The notes beneath the pieces are model-generated. The model did no database searches and was not told the DNA's origin. It worked only from the letters and a program-made list of their open reading frames with translations. Below, in pieces: positions 6,097 through 15,028 of a stretch of DNA of 20,000 nucleotides. Positions within the stretch are counted from its first letter, which is position 1. Every line of letters begins with the position of its first letter. The DNA is from an uncultured virus (IMG/VR IMGVR_UViG_3300029947_000227). Taxonomy: Duplodnaviria; Heunggongvirae; Uroviricota; Caudoviricetes. Location of the stretch: the IMG/VR virus record IMGVR_UViG_3300029947_000227. The stretch is one strand, 5' to 3'. Made by a program: the position numbers and the translations under genes.

Positions 6097-9000
6097 TCAC
6101 TTCCGTTGCTTGCGGACGGTGTCTATGGTGGTTCGGGCGGCGTCCAACTGGGTTTGCCGGTTTTGCGCCTGGCGGATGGTGCGGGCCTTGCGCACCATCC
6201 GGGTTTCGCGGCGTTTCACGTCGCCTTTGGCGATTTTGCCGGCTACGGCGACTCCCAGCGCGCCCGCCACGACGGGCGCCGCGGCCGCGCCGGCCAGTGC
6301 GACCGCTCCGACGCCTGCGACTGTGGCGAGACGCCGGGTCGTCCGGCCGGCGAGCAGTCGTTCGCCCGTGTCGGACAGGCGGGTCGTGGCTTGTGTGATG
6401 TGCGCGGTTTTCTCGCGGGCCGTCATGTTGTCGAACTTGTTCATGGCGTTCACGGCGTGGTCCGTGATGGTGTTCGCGCGGGTTTTCGCGCGGTTGATCG
6501 CGTCCGCCACCCGTGTGCCGGTGGTGGGTATGGCGTCACCCTGCGCGTCGAACCTGACCTTGCGGGTTTGCGGTATGCCGTCCCTGACGACCTGGTTGCC
6601 CCGGGCGTCGAGTTTCGGCACGTCGCGCACCATGGCGACGGGTTTGCCGTCCGCGCCCATCTCCATCGCGCGGCCGAACGTGTCGACGCGGATGTTGCCT
6701 TTCCCGTCGCGTGCGAACGACTCGTCCAGCTTCCGGTCTGCGTTCGCCTGGTTGACGCGGTCGAGGCGGCCGGTTTGGGTGGCGAGGGTTTGCTCCGCGT
6801 CCCGGAGGTTGTCCAAGGCGGTCGAGGCGTTCTCGCGGGCGGTGGCGTTGCGGTCGGGCGAGTTCATGGAAACCTCACCGGACTGCAGGTCGTTGAATTT
6901 GACCGGGTTGCCGTCGCTTCCGAACCATGGGGTGCCGTTCATGGCCATGGCGTTGCCATCCTGGTCGACGACGGGTTTGCCGTCCGCCCCGTACATGGGT
7001 TCGTCGGCGGTGGCCGCGTTGACCGCGCCGTGCCGTCTCGCCTCCTCCGGGTCGTCCGCGGTGGCGGGGTCGACCCATGTGGAGCCGTTGGCCGCGTAGT
7101 AGCCGCCCCGGCTGTTTTGGATGGGGTTGCCGTCCTGGTCGACGGCGCGTCCCATGTCGTCGGTGGCGACCACGCCGTTGTCGTCGTGGGCGGCCCGGTC
7201 GGCGAGCATGGCGGCGGCGTCCTTGTCCCAGGTTTCGCCGTCGGCGGTGAAATAACCGCCGTGGCCGTCGGAGACGAGCTTGCCGTCCGTGTCGATGGCG
7301 CGTCCCAGCTTGTCGGTGGCGATGCCGCCGTCCGCGCGGTGCGCGGAGAGATTGTCGAACGCGTCCTCCCACTCCTGTTTCGCCTCGTCAACCTTGCCCG
7401 CGGCCGCGTCGACCGCGTTGCGGCCCTTTCGGGCGGCTTCGTCGAGATCGCCGAACTCCCGTTCGACGGTTTCGACGTTTTGGGCGCGGGCGGCGGCGGA
7501 CCCGGGTTTGGGCGTGTTTTCCGTGTCGGAAACGGCTTGGGCGGGCCCGTTGGCACGGTCCTCGCCGTATCCGGGGGTGTGCATGCCTTCCGGCGGTTCT
7601 CCCACTGGCGGCTCCCCGGGCTTGTGCGCGCCGACGGCGGCTTGGGAGGCGCCGCCGGCGGGCCTGCCGGCACGGTCGGCCCAGAAGTCCTCCTCCTTCT
7701 TCCGGTGGGATTGGATCGCGCCGGAACGGTAGCCGCCCTGCGCGGCCCTGACCACGCCGCCCGCACCGGCCCTGCCCATGGTCGCGCCGGACGCGGCGCC
7801 CGACAGGGCGGCCATGAGACCACCGCCGGCCATGCCTCCCGCGAACCCGGCGGCCATGCCGGCCATGGCGCCCATGGCGGACCGGCCGACAATCCGACCG
7901 CCCATGAGCTTGGACAGTCCCTGCCGGCTGAACGGGTCGCCCACCTGGAGGACCTTGACGCACAGCCATTTCAGCATCCAAATGCTCAACAGGGGGGATA
8001 TGAGGGAGATGAGTCCCACCCAGGCGGGTGACGAACCGTCGAACAGGTCGATGAACGCGCAGGTGAGCGTCAGGATCAACGCGCCGACGAACGTGATGAC
8101 AGTGTTCGCCAACGCCATGCCGCCAACGGTTTTCGCGCTTTGCGTGAGGGCCCGCCGACCCTTGTCGGGGGCGGCCGCCCAGTACAGGAGCGCGAAATAC
8201 AGGCCGAACGCGGCCATGGCGCACATGAATTTCGCGATGATCCGCAGGATTGACAAACCACCCCAGATGGCGAGGTTCACGATGGACGAGGCGATGAACA
8301 CGATGCTGCCGCCCACGTCGGCCATGGACGCGTTGCCGTGCAGATAGTCGACGGTTTTCGCCGCGTTCTGCGCGTTCGTGTCGCCGGTGTCGTTGAACAC
8401 GCTGGACTGGGTGCCGCCCACGTCGAATTTGGCGATCGCGTAGTTGAACCCGTATTTGAGGAGCGACTTGCCGTCGTCGGCGGTTTGCAGGCCGCCGGAC
8501 GGGACCGTGAGCGTCGCCTTGGCGGCCGCGTCGTCGCCCTTGCCGATGATGGAGCTGAGGATGCCGCCGGAGCCGAGCGACTTGCGCGCCGCGTCGATCT
8601 CACTGTTGCTGGCGGTGGGGGTGACGGCCACGGCGCATGACTCGTTCACGGACGTGTCGCTTCCCAACACGCCGCGATTGTCGCCCTGGATGCGGTCGAT
8701 GCGATCCCACCCGGGGTTGCGGTCGGAGATCAGGAACCGGCCGTCCCCGCCGCCCTTGGACAGGGGGAGGCGGCAGGTTTCCCACAGCATGGAGATCCGG
8801 TCCTCGATGATCGACGAGGAGACGCCCGCATCGTTGCCGCCGTCGAGTTTCGCCTCGTCGTCATACTGGGCGGAGTACATGACGCCCGGGTTGAAGGCGA
8901 TCGCGCCAACGTCCAGGGGGGCGGAGGTCTGGCCCTTCGTGGCGGCCGCGGTGATGTCGCGCTGCTCGCCCGGCGTGGCGCCGGCCCGGTATTCCAACAC

Positions 9001-9816
9001 CCGGCAGAACGCGGTGTACGTGTTGTCGTTACCGGTGACGCCGTACTGGGATTGGATCCACATGGTCAGGCCGGAACGCTCCCACATGCGGGAGACGACG
9101 TTCCGGTACGGGTCGTTCGCCTGGTCGGCGGCCGTGGCGGACGCCTCGGCGTGCAGTTCGGCGACGTACCGCTGGCAGGACAGCACGTTGTCCGCGTTGG
9201 CGTCCTCCACGCTCGCCGTGAACGGGTTGGCGCTGCTCGCGGTCGCGTCGACGACGCCGTTGAGCCATCCGCCGGACGCGGTGTCCATGAGACTGGTGGC
9301 CCGGTCGGCCAGCCACCAGGGGGACAGGGTCTTCGGGCTGGCGGCGTCCGCGTCCTGGGCGGCGGCGAGGGAGCCGGCGATGAACAGGCTGATGCCGAGC
9401 GTGCCGGCCACGAGCCGTTTGGTCAGTTCACGGGCGCCCGCGTTGCGGTACACGGCCCACAGGCCGGACACGAACGCGACACACATGATCAGCGCGGGCA
9501 CCATCATCCCGTTGAGGAACGCGTCACCCAGGCGGCCGAGAATACGGTCGAGGTTTTTCGCGAAATTGGTGAACGCGTCGCTGTGTTCCAGGGACACCGC
9601 CGCGCCGGTCAGCTGGCTGGCGAGACTCCAGATCGTGTTGCCCATGGACACGAGGGCGCTTTGCAGGTTGGTGCTGATGTTCGTGGCCCCCTGGAGGATG
9701 CCGAACACGCCGCCGTTCGACCGCCAGTTGATCGCACCCGCATACTGCCCCCATCGTTCCAAGGGGAGGCAGGAGAGTTGGTCTGTCGCACCCGACACCA
9801 TGCTGCAAGACGCCAT
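6097..9816 (-). CDS. Large polytopic membrane protein, VirB6/TrbL-like conjugation channel candidate with long repetitive C-terminal tail, 1239 aa
   Basis: N-terminal TM pair, Cys-containing extracytoplasmic domain, cluster of 4-5 TMs, Gly/Ala/Met-rich linker and long hydrophilic tail, the architecture of extended VirB6-like proteins; RBS AAGGA; follows pilin-like and 2-TM genes. Family is inferred from architecture and context. Confidence 0.65.
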   Translation of the reverse strand: MASCSMVSGATDQLSCLPLERWGQYAGAINWRSNGGVFGILQGATNISTNLQSALVSMGNTIWSLASQLTGAAVSLEHSDAFTNFAKNLDRILGRLGDAFLNGMMVPALIMCVAFVSGLWAVYRNAGARELTKRLVAGTLGISLFIAGSLAAAQDADAASPKTLSPWWLADRATSLMDTASGGWLNGVVDATASSANPFTASVEDANADNVLSCQRYVAELHAEASATAADQANDPYRNVVSRMWERSGLTMWIQSQYGVTGNDNTYTAFCRVLEYRAGATPGEQRDITAAATKGQTSAPLDVGAIAFNPGVMYSAQYDDEAKLDGGNDAGVSSSIIEDRISMLWETCRLPLSKGGGDGRFLISDRNPGWDRIDRIQGDNRGVLGSDTSVNESCAVAVTPTASNSEIDAARKSLGSGGILSSIIGKGDDAAAKATLTVPSGGLQTADDGKSLLKYGFNYAIAKFDVGGTQSSVFNDTGDTNAQNAAKTVDYLHGNASMADVGGSIVFIASSIVNLAIWGGLSILRIIAKFMCAMAAFGLYFALLYWAAAPDKGRRALTQSAKTVGGMALANTVITFVGALILTLTCAFIDLFDGSSPAWVGLISLISPLLSIWMLKWLCVKVLQVGDPFSRQGLSKLMGGRIVGRSAMGAMAGMAAGFAGGMAGGGLMAALSGAASGATMGRAGAGGVVRAAQGGYRSGAIQSHRKKEEDFWADRAGRPAGGASQAAVGAHKPGEPPVGEPPEGMHTPGYGEDRANGPAQAVSDTENTPKPGSAAARAQNVETVEREFGDLDEAARKGRNAVDAAAGKVDEAKQEWEDAFDNLSAHRADGGIATDKLGRAIDTDGKLVSDGHGGYFTADGETWDKDAAAMLADRAAHDDNGVVATDDMGRAVDQDGNPIQNSRGGYYAANGSTWVDPATADDPEEARRHGAVNAATADEPMYGADGKPVVDQDGNAMAMNGTPWFGSDGNPVKFNDLQSGEVSMNSPDRNATARENASTALDNLRDAEQTLATQTGRLDRVNQANADRKLDESFARDGKGNIRVDTFGRAMEMGADGKPVAMVRDVPKLDARGNQVVRDGIPQTRKVRFDAQGDAIPTTGTRVADAINRAKTRANTITDHAVNAMNKFDNMTAREKTAHITQATTRLSDTGERLLAGRTTRRLATVAGVGAVALAGAAAAPVVAGALGVAVAGKIAKGDVKRRETRMVRKARTIRQAQNRQTQLDAARTTIDTVRKQRK

Positions 9817-9828
9817 GATTGTTTGTCC

Positions 9829-10242
9829 TTATCTACGTTCGACGGTGGAACCCTGGGGGACCGGCCGGTCCGCGAGGGCGATGATTTGCACGTCAAGCGG
9901 GTGGAATGGTTCGCTCACCCCGGGGAGGATGAAGAAACCGTCGTTTTTTTTCATGCGCTGCTTGTCCGCGATCCGTTCGAACCGGTTCTCATGCCGTTCG
10001 CCCTCGCTGGAGCGTTTGCGCGTGAGCATGAACCATGCGATCACGCTGCCGATGGGGATGAGCGTGAACGAGACGGTTCCGGTGAACGGGCTGAGCATGC
10101 CGGCGGGGATCATTCCCGCCAGGCCGCCGGCGAGGAGAAGCTTCACATCCGCCATGCGCATGTAGTAGTGGCGGGTGATTTTGATGTCGTCGCTTTCCTC
10201 GACCGGCGCGCCCTGCATGCGGGTCAGGTCGACGAGGATCAT
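9829..10242 (-). CDS. Two-TM protein, VirB3/PrgI/TcpE-like, 137 aa
   Basis: ATG 10242 overlaps upstream stop (ATGA); two adjacent hydrophobic segments followed by a basic tail; position between pilin-like and VirB6-like genes. Confidence 0.55.
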   Translation of the reverse strand: MILVDLTRMQGAPVEESDDIKITRHYYMRMADVKLLLAGGLAGMIPAGMLSPFTGTVSFTLIPIGSVIAWFMLTRKRSSEGERHENRFERIADKQRMKKNDGFFILPGVSEPFHPLDVQIIALADRPVPQGSTVERR

Positions 10243-10586
10243 CCGAAGATGCCCGTCCAGATCGTGTACCCGAAGTTCAACAGCCAGCCGCCGGTCGTGC
10301 CCAGCAGGGCGGCCGCGAGGTCGGGGACCACGAGGATGATGCCGAGGGCGATGGCCGCGGCCCAGCCGGCGCCGGTCATGTTGAGCATGCTGCCCATCTG
10401 GCTGTTCGGCTTGTATTTCTTGACCAGCCACAGGGCGATCAGGGCGATGAGGATGAGCGCGCCGACCACGCGCATCGCGTTGACAAGGCCCGCGTTGGCG
10501 GTCAGCCAGCCGAACACGCTGTCCACGCCGGACTGGAACTGGCCGCGAATGTCGGCGGCCAGGGTGACGGTGTCGTCGTTGAACAT
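10239..10586 (-). CDS. Small hydrophobic protein, VirB2/pilin-like, 115 aa
   Basis: RBS GAGGAAAGGA before ATG 10586; two long hydrophobic helices separated by a short basic loop (KKYKP); first gene of the operon. Confidence 0.55.
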   Translation of the reverse strand: MFNDDTVTLAADIRGQFQSGVDSVFGWLTANAGLVNAMRVVGALILIALIALWLVKKYKPNSQMGSMLNMTGAGWAAAIALGIILVVPDLAAALLGTTGGWLLNFGYTIWTGIFG

Positions 10587-10623
10587 GAGAGTCCTTTCCT
10601 CTTTCATGGATGTTGTCGGCCCG

Positions 10624-10641
10624 CCCCTATGCCCATAGGGG
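10624..10641. promoter_or_regulatory. Palindrome CCCCTATG-CC-CATAGGGG between divergent genes
   Basis: 8-bp inverted repeat; CAT (10634-10636) is 11 nt before ATG 10648; core 13-mer recurs inverted at 14604-14616. Confidence 0.6.
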
Positions 10642-10647
10642 GAGCAT

Positions 10648-11574
10648 ATGGCGAAACGATCGAAAACCCCCGCATGGGGGGAGACTGCGCAAAACAAACC
10701 CAGGGAGACGTCCCCGGGCGAACTGTTGATGAAACAGGCGAGGCCGACCAGGTGGGCCCTGGCAGGCCTCATGGTGTTCTCCCTGATGGCGGGCATGACC
10801 GGGGTGATGAACTACCGGCAGTTGCAGACGTTGAAACCGGCCGACGCGACGTCGGTCACGACCCTGAACGACACGGGGCGCGCCGACGCGACCGCGTCGA
10901 TGGAGGCATGGTTGAAAACCGCGTCGACACCCATGGGCGATGATGCGAGGGTCGTCTCCTGGAACGGTTCCGAGTCGAAAACCATGACCGACGGGTCGGG
11001 CAACGCGACCATCCAGGTGCGCGTCCACCGGTTCACCTTGGAGGGGAAGGGCCGTTGGTGGGACGCCCGACTGACGTGCCTGGAGAACGGCACGCCGGTC
11101 GACTCGCCCACGTTGACGCCGATCTCCACCCAGTCGGGGTTCAAAACGTCCGACGGTTCGACCACGTGGGCGAACGTGGTGGGTGAGCTGCGCCCCCAAT
11201 CCGCCCTGTCGACCCAGTTGACGAAATGGGGTCAGGCTTTGGCGGGTGACGACGCGGACCTGCTGCGCACCCTCGTGTCCGACCCGGATCCGAACGCGCA
11301 CTATTCGCCCCTCGCCCTGGGTGGCGCGAAGAGCGTGACGGTCGGCAAGGCCGCGTATTTGGACCGGGGCGACGTGGATCGCAACGAGTCGACGTCCACG
11401 ATGGCGGTGGCGCGCGTGACAGTCACGTTGAACTCGGACACGACGGTCGGCCAGGGTGCGAGCCTCGCGTTCGACGTGCTGGTCCAGGATCCGGATTCCG
11501 GCAAGCCCGCGATCCTCGCCTGGGGGGCGCCGGGCAGCGGGCCGGACCTGACGCCCCAGTCGAACAGGAGCTAG
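10648..11574 (+). CDS. Bitopic conjugal transfer protein, TcpC/VirB8-like, 308 aa
   Basis: Basic N-terminus, one TM (WALAGLMVFSLMAGMTGVM), two alpha/beta extracellular domains joined by a Pro/Thr linker, adjacent to transfer operon. Family inferred from architecture. Confidence 0.6.
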   Translation: MAKRSKTPAWGETAQNKPRETSPGELLMKQARPTRWALAGLMVFSLMAGMTGVMNYRQLQTLKPADATSVTTLNDTGRADATASMEAWLKTASTPMGDDARVVSWNGSESKTMTDGSGNATIQVRVHRFTLEGKGRWWDARLTCLENGTPVDSPTLTPISTQSGFKTSDGSTTWANVVGELRPQSALSTQLTKWGQALAGDDADLLRTLVSDPDPNAHYSPLALGGAKSVTVGKAAYLDRGDVDRNESTSTMAVARVTVTLNSDTTVGQGASLAFDVLVQDPDSGKPAILAWGAPGSGPDLTPQSNRS

Positions 11575-14558
11575 CTGCGGCGCAGGCGGCGTCGCAGCAC
11601 GGCCAGCATGCCCGCCATGCCGGCCAGGATGCTGGCGGCGAGGGCCGCCACGCCGGTCACGCCGGTTTGGGCGAGCGCCATAGTCGGGTTGGTTTGGCTG
11701 ACGGTCACCGTGTACACGGTTTTGACGCGCGTGTCGGCGCTGGTGACGGTGATGTCGGCCTGAGTGCCGTTCTTCGCCACGTCGACGGTCATGCCGGACT
11801 CGCGGTCGTACACGGGGGTGACGACCCACTGGTCGGCGTTGTCGACGGTCACCGTGTAGGACGTGGCGGCGGGGTTGAAACCGTTCACGTCATGCCCGTT
11901 GACGCGGATGCCGGTGAGGGCGGCCGCGTGCGTGGCCGCGGTGATGTACGTCACGTCGACGGTCCGGGTGGCGACGGTGACCCCGTCGGGGGCGATCGAA
12001 CGGATCGTGTACCGCCAGGTCATGCCCGTCAGACGGGTTTTGGACACGCCGGCCCGCTGGCCGGCCTTCACGGTGTAGGCGAACGTGCCTCCCTCGGGAA
12101 TGTCGAACCCGTTGTCCTGGCCGGTCGTGTACTTGCCCTGCTGGTCGACCCATCCGACGGATTCGATGGTCGCGTCATGCTCCCCGGCGGCCGTGCTGGA
12201 GGTGATTTCCTTGGCGGCGGCGGGCTGGAATTTCTCGGCGGCGGTCTGCCAGTCGCGGTCGCGCACCAGGGTGACGCTGTAGGAGCGGGTCTGGTCGCCG
12301 GATTTGGCGGTCACGCGCCATGTCTGCGTGGACCCGTCGGGGGTGAGTCGCACGTCGGCGGCGGTGACGGACACGCTCCCGTCATCCCATTCGGGGGTGA
12401 TGATCGGACTGGGCGCGTCCTTGCCGACGGAGATCGTGTAGTCAAGCCGGTTCGGATCCCACCCGTCGATGAGGTCGCCGTGTTCGCCCTTGCCGGTGTA
12501 GTCGACGTAAATGCCGGTGAGTTTGGCCGGACTGTCGGCGACGACGGGCGCCCGGTCGAACAGGATGGTCAGCGTGTGGGCGACGCCGTTGGCCTTCCAT
12601 GTGATGACGCGGCTGGCGTCATGGCCGAGGCTCTGCGACGGCTGTTCGTCGACCACGGTTTCGGGGCCGACGTCCAGCAGGAGGCTGAACGTGTCGGTGG
12701 ACGCGTCCTGTCCGAGGGTGATCGTGTAGTCTCCGTTCGCGTCGGGCGTGCCGATGTCGAGCGTGCCGGTCGTGCCGTCGGCCTTGACCTGGAGGAGTCG
12801 CGCGTCGGCGTGCGTGTCGGTGGAGCGGGCGGCCGTGGCGGACAGCTGCCAGTTGACGTTCAACGTGCCGGTCTCCCCGTCGAACCCGTTCCAGGTGATC
12901 GGACGGGTGCCGGACGCGGTGGTGGTGCGGGTGACGAACCCGTCGACGGTTTTCGACTCCCCGAACTCGGGGAGGATGGTCTGCGCGTCGCCCGCGTCGA
13001 CCTTGAACCCGGTCCACGGGGTGTTGGTGGCCTTGCCGGTGTCGTCGGCCAGGACGATCGTGTTGTCGCCGGTCAGGGCGAGGGATCCGGTCGGCGCGCC
13101 CGTGTAGTCGTCGCCGGTTTTCGTGAAGGTCGCGCCGTCGGGGTTGAGGGGTGCGCCCTGGGTGTCGACCCAGTTGAACGAGACCGTTCCGATGGGCAGG
13201 CCGTCAACCTGGGTGGCCTGGGCGGAGACAGTGCCGGACAGGTTGACGGTGCCGAACTGGTCGCCGGGCGTGACGGTGGTTTCGCCGTCGGCGGCGAGTT
13301 TCAGGTCGGGGAGCGTGTGGTCGACCCGGTCCCAGGTTTTCAGGGTGAGCGTGTCCGACGGCACGCCGTGGTGGAGGTAGTTGTTCACGAGTTTGATTTC
13401 ACCGCGCCCGTTCATCACGCCGATCCTCTCATCGCCGGACATGACGAGGAACGACGCCTCCTTGAGGCCCGCGGTCGCCTCGTTGACGGCGTTCGCCGCG
13501 TTTTCGAGCGTCGTGTTCGCCTGGGCGAGTATGTCCGCCGCCTGGTCGACCTGCGTTTGGGTGGCGGTGTCCGCCAGTCCGTTCGCCGCGTCGAGGGCCT
13601 GTTTGGCGGCGTTTTTCGCGTCCGTTAACGCGGCGAGCCGGTCTTTGAGCGTGTCGAGCGTGTCGCCGGTGTACCAGATTTTCGCCTGCGCGGCCTGGCC
13701 GCCGTCGTTGTCGGCCTTGTCGGCGGCCGTGACGATGGCGGGTTGGGCGTTGATCGCCTCGTCGAGTTTCGTCCGATCCGCCTTGGCGAACGTGTCGGTG
13801 ACGGTGACTTCCCACGACTGCGTCCCCCCGGGGGTGGTGATCGTGTTCCGGGCGGTGCCGGTGGTGACGATCGCGCCACCCGTGTCGGTGGGGTCGCCCC
13901 ATTCGATGTCGGATTCCCTTCCCGCGGTCGGGTTGACGCCGGTGAGGGTGATCTTGTCAGGCTTGTCGGAGGTTTTGACGTCCGCGTGGAAAATAATGCT
14001 GCCGTCCTTGCCGGTTCGGGGTGTGAAGCTCGCCCCGTTGGCGGTGATCGCGTCGCCCTTGTGCCAGGTGGCCTGATTGTAGGTCACGGTGATGGATTTG
14101 ACGTTCGGCCAGTCGAGTTTCGCGACGTCGTCGCCCGACATCGTGAACGACTTGTCGCCCGTGTAGTCGACGACCCCCAGGATTGTCTTCGACGCCTCCG
14201 CTTTTATCGCCCCGTCAGTGGAGGTCGCGTTGAGCGTGGCCTGTCCGGACTGGGGGAGGTTCGCGTCGTCCGTCCAGTTGGCGTGGACGGTGACCTGCTG
14301 GTCTGCGGGCATGCTGTCGCCGGGCAGGGTGATATTGTACGCGCCGTCACCCTGGTCGGTCAGGGTTTTGGTTTCGCCGTTCGCGTCGACGGTGATGCTG
14401 GCCGCGGTTTTGTCCGCGTCCTGGCCGGGACTGGCCGTCGACTGGCTGGACGGGGTTGAGGGCGTGTCGCCCGCCAGGGCGGCCGGCGTGCCCACACCGC
14501 CCGCCAGGGTGGCGGCCGCGAGCGTCACGGCCAGGGTTTTTCTTGCTGTCAACTGCAT
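11571..14558 (-). CDS. Sortase-anchored cell-surface protein (LAQTG), 995 aa, with FIVAR-like helical segment and cadherin-like beta-sandwich repeats
   Basis: Signal peptide MQLTARKTLAVTLAAATLAGGVGTPAALA, RBS TAAGGAG; C-terminal LAQTG + TM + RRRLRRS; Thr-rich; two related units AKLTGIYV...DGWDPNRLDYTISV and AALTGIRV...NGFNPAATSYTVTV. In-frame alternative start at 14594. Confidence 0.88.
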   Translation of the reverse strand: MQLTARKTLAVTLAAATLAGGVGTPAALAGDTPSTPSSQSTASPGQDADKTAASITVDANGETKTLTDQGDGAYNITLPGDSMPADQQVTVHANWTDDANLPQSGQATLNATSTDGAIKAEASKTILGVVDYTGDKSFTMSGDDVAKLDWPNVKSITVTYNQATWHKGDAITANGASFTPRTGKDGSIIFHADVKTSDKPDKITLTGVNPTAGRESDIEWGDPTDTGGAIVTTGTARNTITTPGGTQSWEVTVTDTFAKADRTKLDEAINAQPAIVTAADKADNDGGQAAQAKIWYTGDTLDTLKDRLAALTDAKNAAKQALDAANGLADTATQTQVDQAADILAQANTTLENAANAVNEATAGLKEASFLVMSGDERIGVMNGRGEIKLVNNYLHHGVPSDTLTLKTWDRVDHTLPDLKLAADGETTVTPGDQFGTVNLSGTVSAQATQVDGLPIGTVSFNWVDTQGAPLNPDGATFTKTGDDYTGAPTGSLALTGDNTIVLADDTGKATNTPWTGFKVDAGDAQTILPEFGESKTVDGFVTRTTTASGTRPITWNGFDGETGTLNVNWQLSATAARSTDTHADARLLQVKADGTTGTLDIGTPDANGDYTITLGQDASTDTFSLLLDVGPETVVDEQPSQSLGHDASRVITWKANGVAHTLTILFDRAPVVADSPAKLTGIYVDYTGKGEHGDLIDGWDPNRLDYTISVGKDAPSPIITPEWDDGSVSVTAADVRLTPDGSTQTWRVTAKSGDQTRSYSVTLVRDRDWQTAAEKFQPAAAKEITSSTAAGEHDATIESVGWVDQQGKYTTGQDNGFDIPEGGTFAYTVKAGQRAGVSKTRLTGMTWRYTIRSIAPDGVTVATRTVDVTYITAATHAAALTGIRVNGHDVNGFNPAATSYTVTVDNADQWVVTPVYDRESGMTVDVAKNGTQADITVTSADTRVKTVYTVTVSQTNPTMALAQTGVTGVAALAASILAGMAGMLAVLRRRLRRS

Positions 14559-14577
14559 GCTGCTCCTTATCTCTTGC

Positions 14578-14584
14578 GACGCAT
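14578..14584 (+). promoter_or_regulatory. GACGCAT box
   Basis: Intergenic, 40 nt upstream of ATG 14625 with AGGAAGAGG in between. Confidence 0.55.
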
Positions 14585-14603
14585 GACGCGCCATGGACCG
14601 CAT

Positions 14604-14616
14604 CTATGGGCATAGG
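14604..14616. promoter_or_regulatory. Palindromic box CTATG-GG-CATAG(G) between divergent genes
   Basis: CAT is 11 nt before ATG 14625 on + and 11 nt before in-frame ATG 14594 on -; exact reverse complement of 10626-10638. Confidence 0.6.
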
Positions 14617-14624
14617 AAGAGGGC

Positions 14625-14996
14625 ATGAGCATGAGATCACAGCCAAGGACCGTTGACGGACGCTACACCTTCGACCCGAAGACCGGGGGTGACGCGGACC
14701 TGGCGGGGGGATTCGACCAGGATGCGGAGAAAATCCAGGCGGCCCGCCGCGCCGAGAAACTGTGGCGCATGGGACTGCACGGCCGGGCGGCCGACCTCGC
14801 CCACGCCATGGGAGCCCTCACCGGCGACGACCTCGCGTCCCTGAACGGGGAGGGGCGGTTCGTACTGTTCGACCGGGGCGAGTTCACGACATGCGAACTG
14901 CGCGGGAACGGAGACGTGGAGGAGGCGGGCCCGTTCGACCCGAACGCGCTGCCCGACATGGACGAGGAACGCTACGAGCGGGTCGCCGCCGCCTGA
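14625..14996 (+). CDS. Hypothetical protein, 123 aa, N-terminal QPRxxxGRY motif
   Basis: Biased codons, acidic protein-like sequence, fills the gap before the helicase; start may be 14625 or 14631. Confidence 0.75.
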   Translation: MSMRSQPRTVDGRYTFDPKTGGDADLAGGFDQDAEKIQAARRAEKLWRMGLHGRAADLAHAMGALTGDDLASLNGEGRFVLFDRGEFTTCELRGNGDVEEAGPFDPNALPDMDEERYERVAAA

Positions 14997-15011
14997 CAGG
15001 CCAGGTTCCGT

Positions 15012-15018
15012 GACGCAT
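15012..15018 (+). promoter_or_regulatory. GACGCAT box
   Basis: 10 nt before PIF1 helicase ATG 15029. Confidence 0.7.
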
Positions 15019-15028
15019 GGAACGCGCC

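Noticed and set aside
6106..13628. Long opposite-strand ORFs (6106-8031, 8444-10165, 9052-10638, 11667-13628) and similar ones such as 662-1663 and 16730-18304
   Set aside because: Shadow ORFs typical of GC-rich coding DNA, overlapping better supported genes and lacking motifs.
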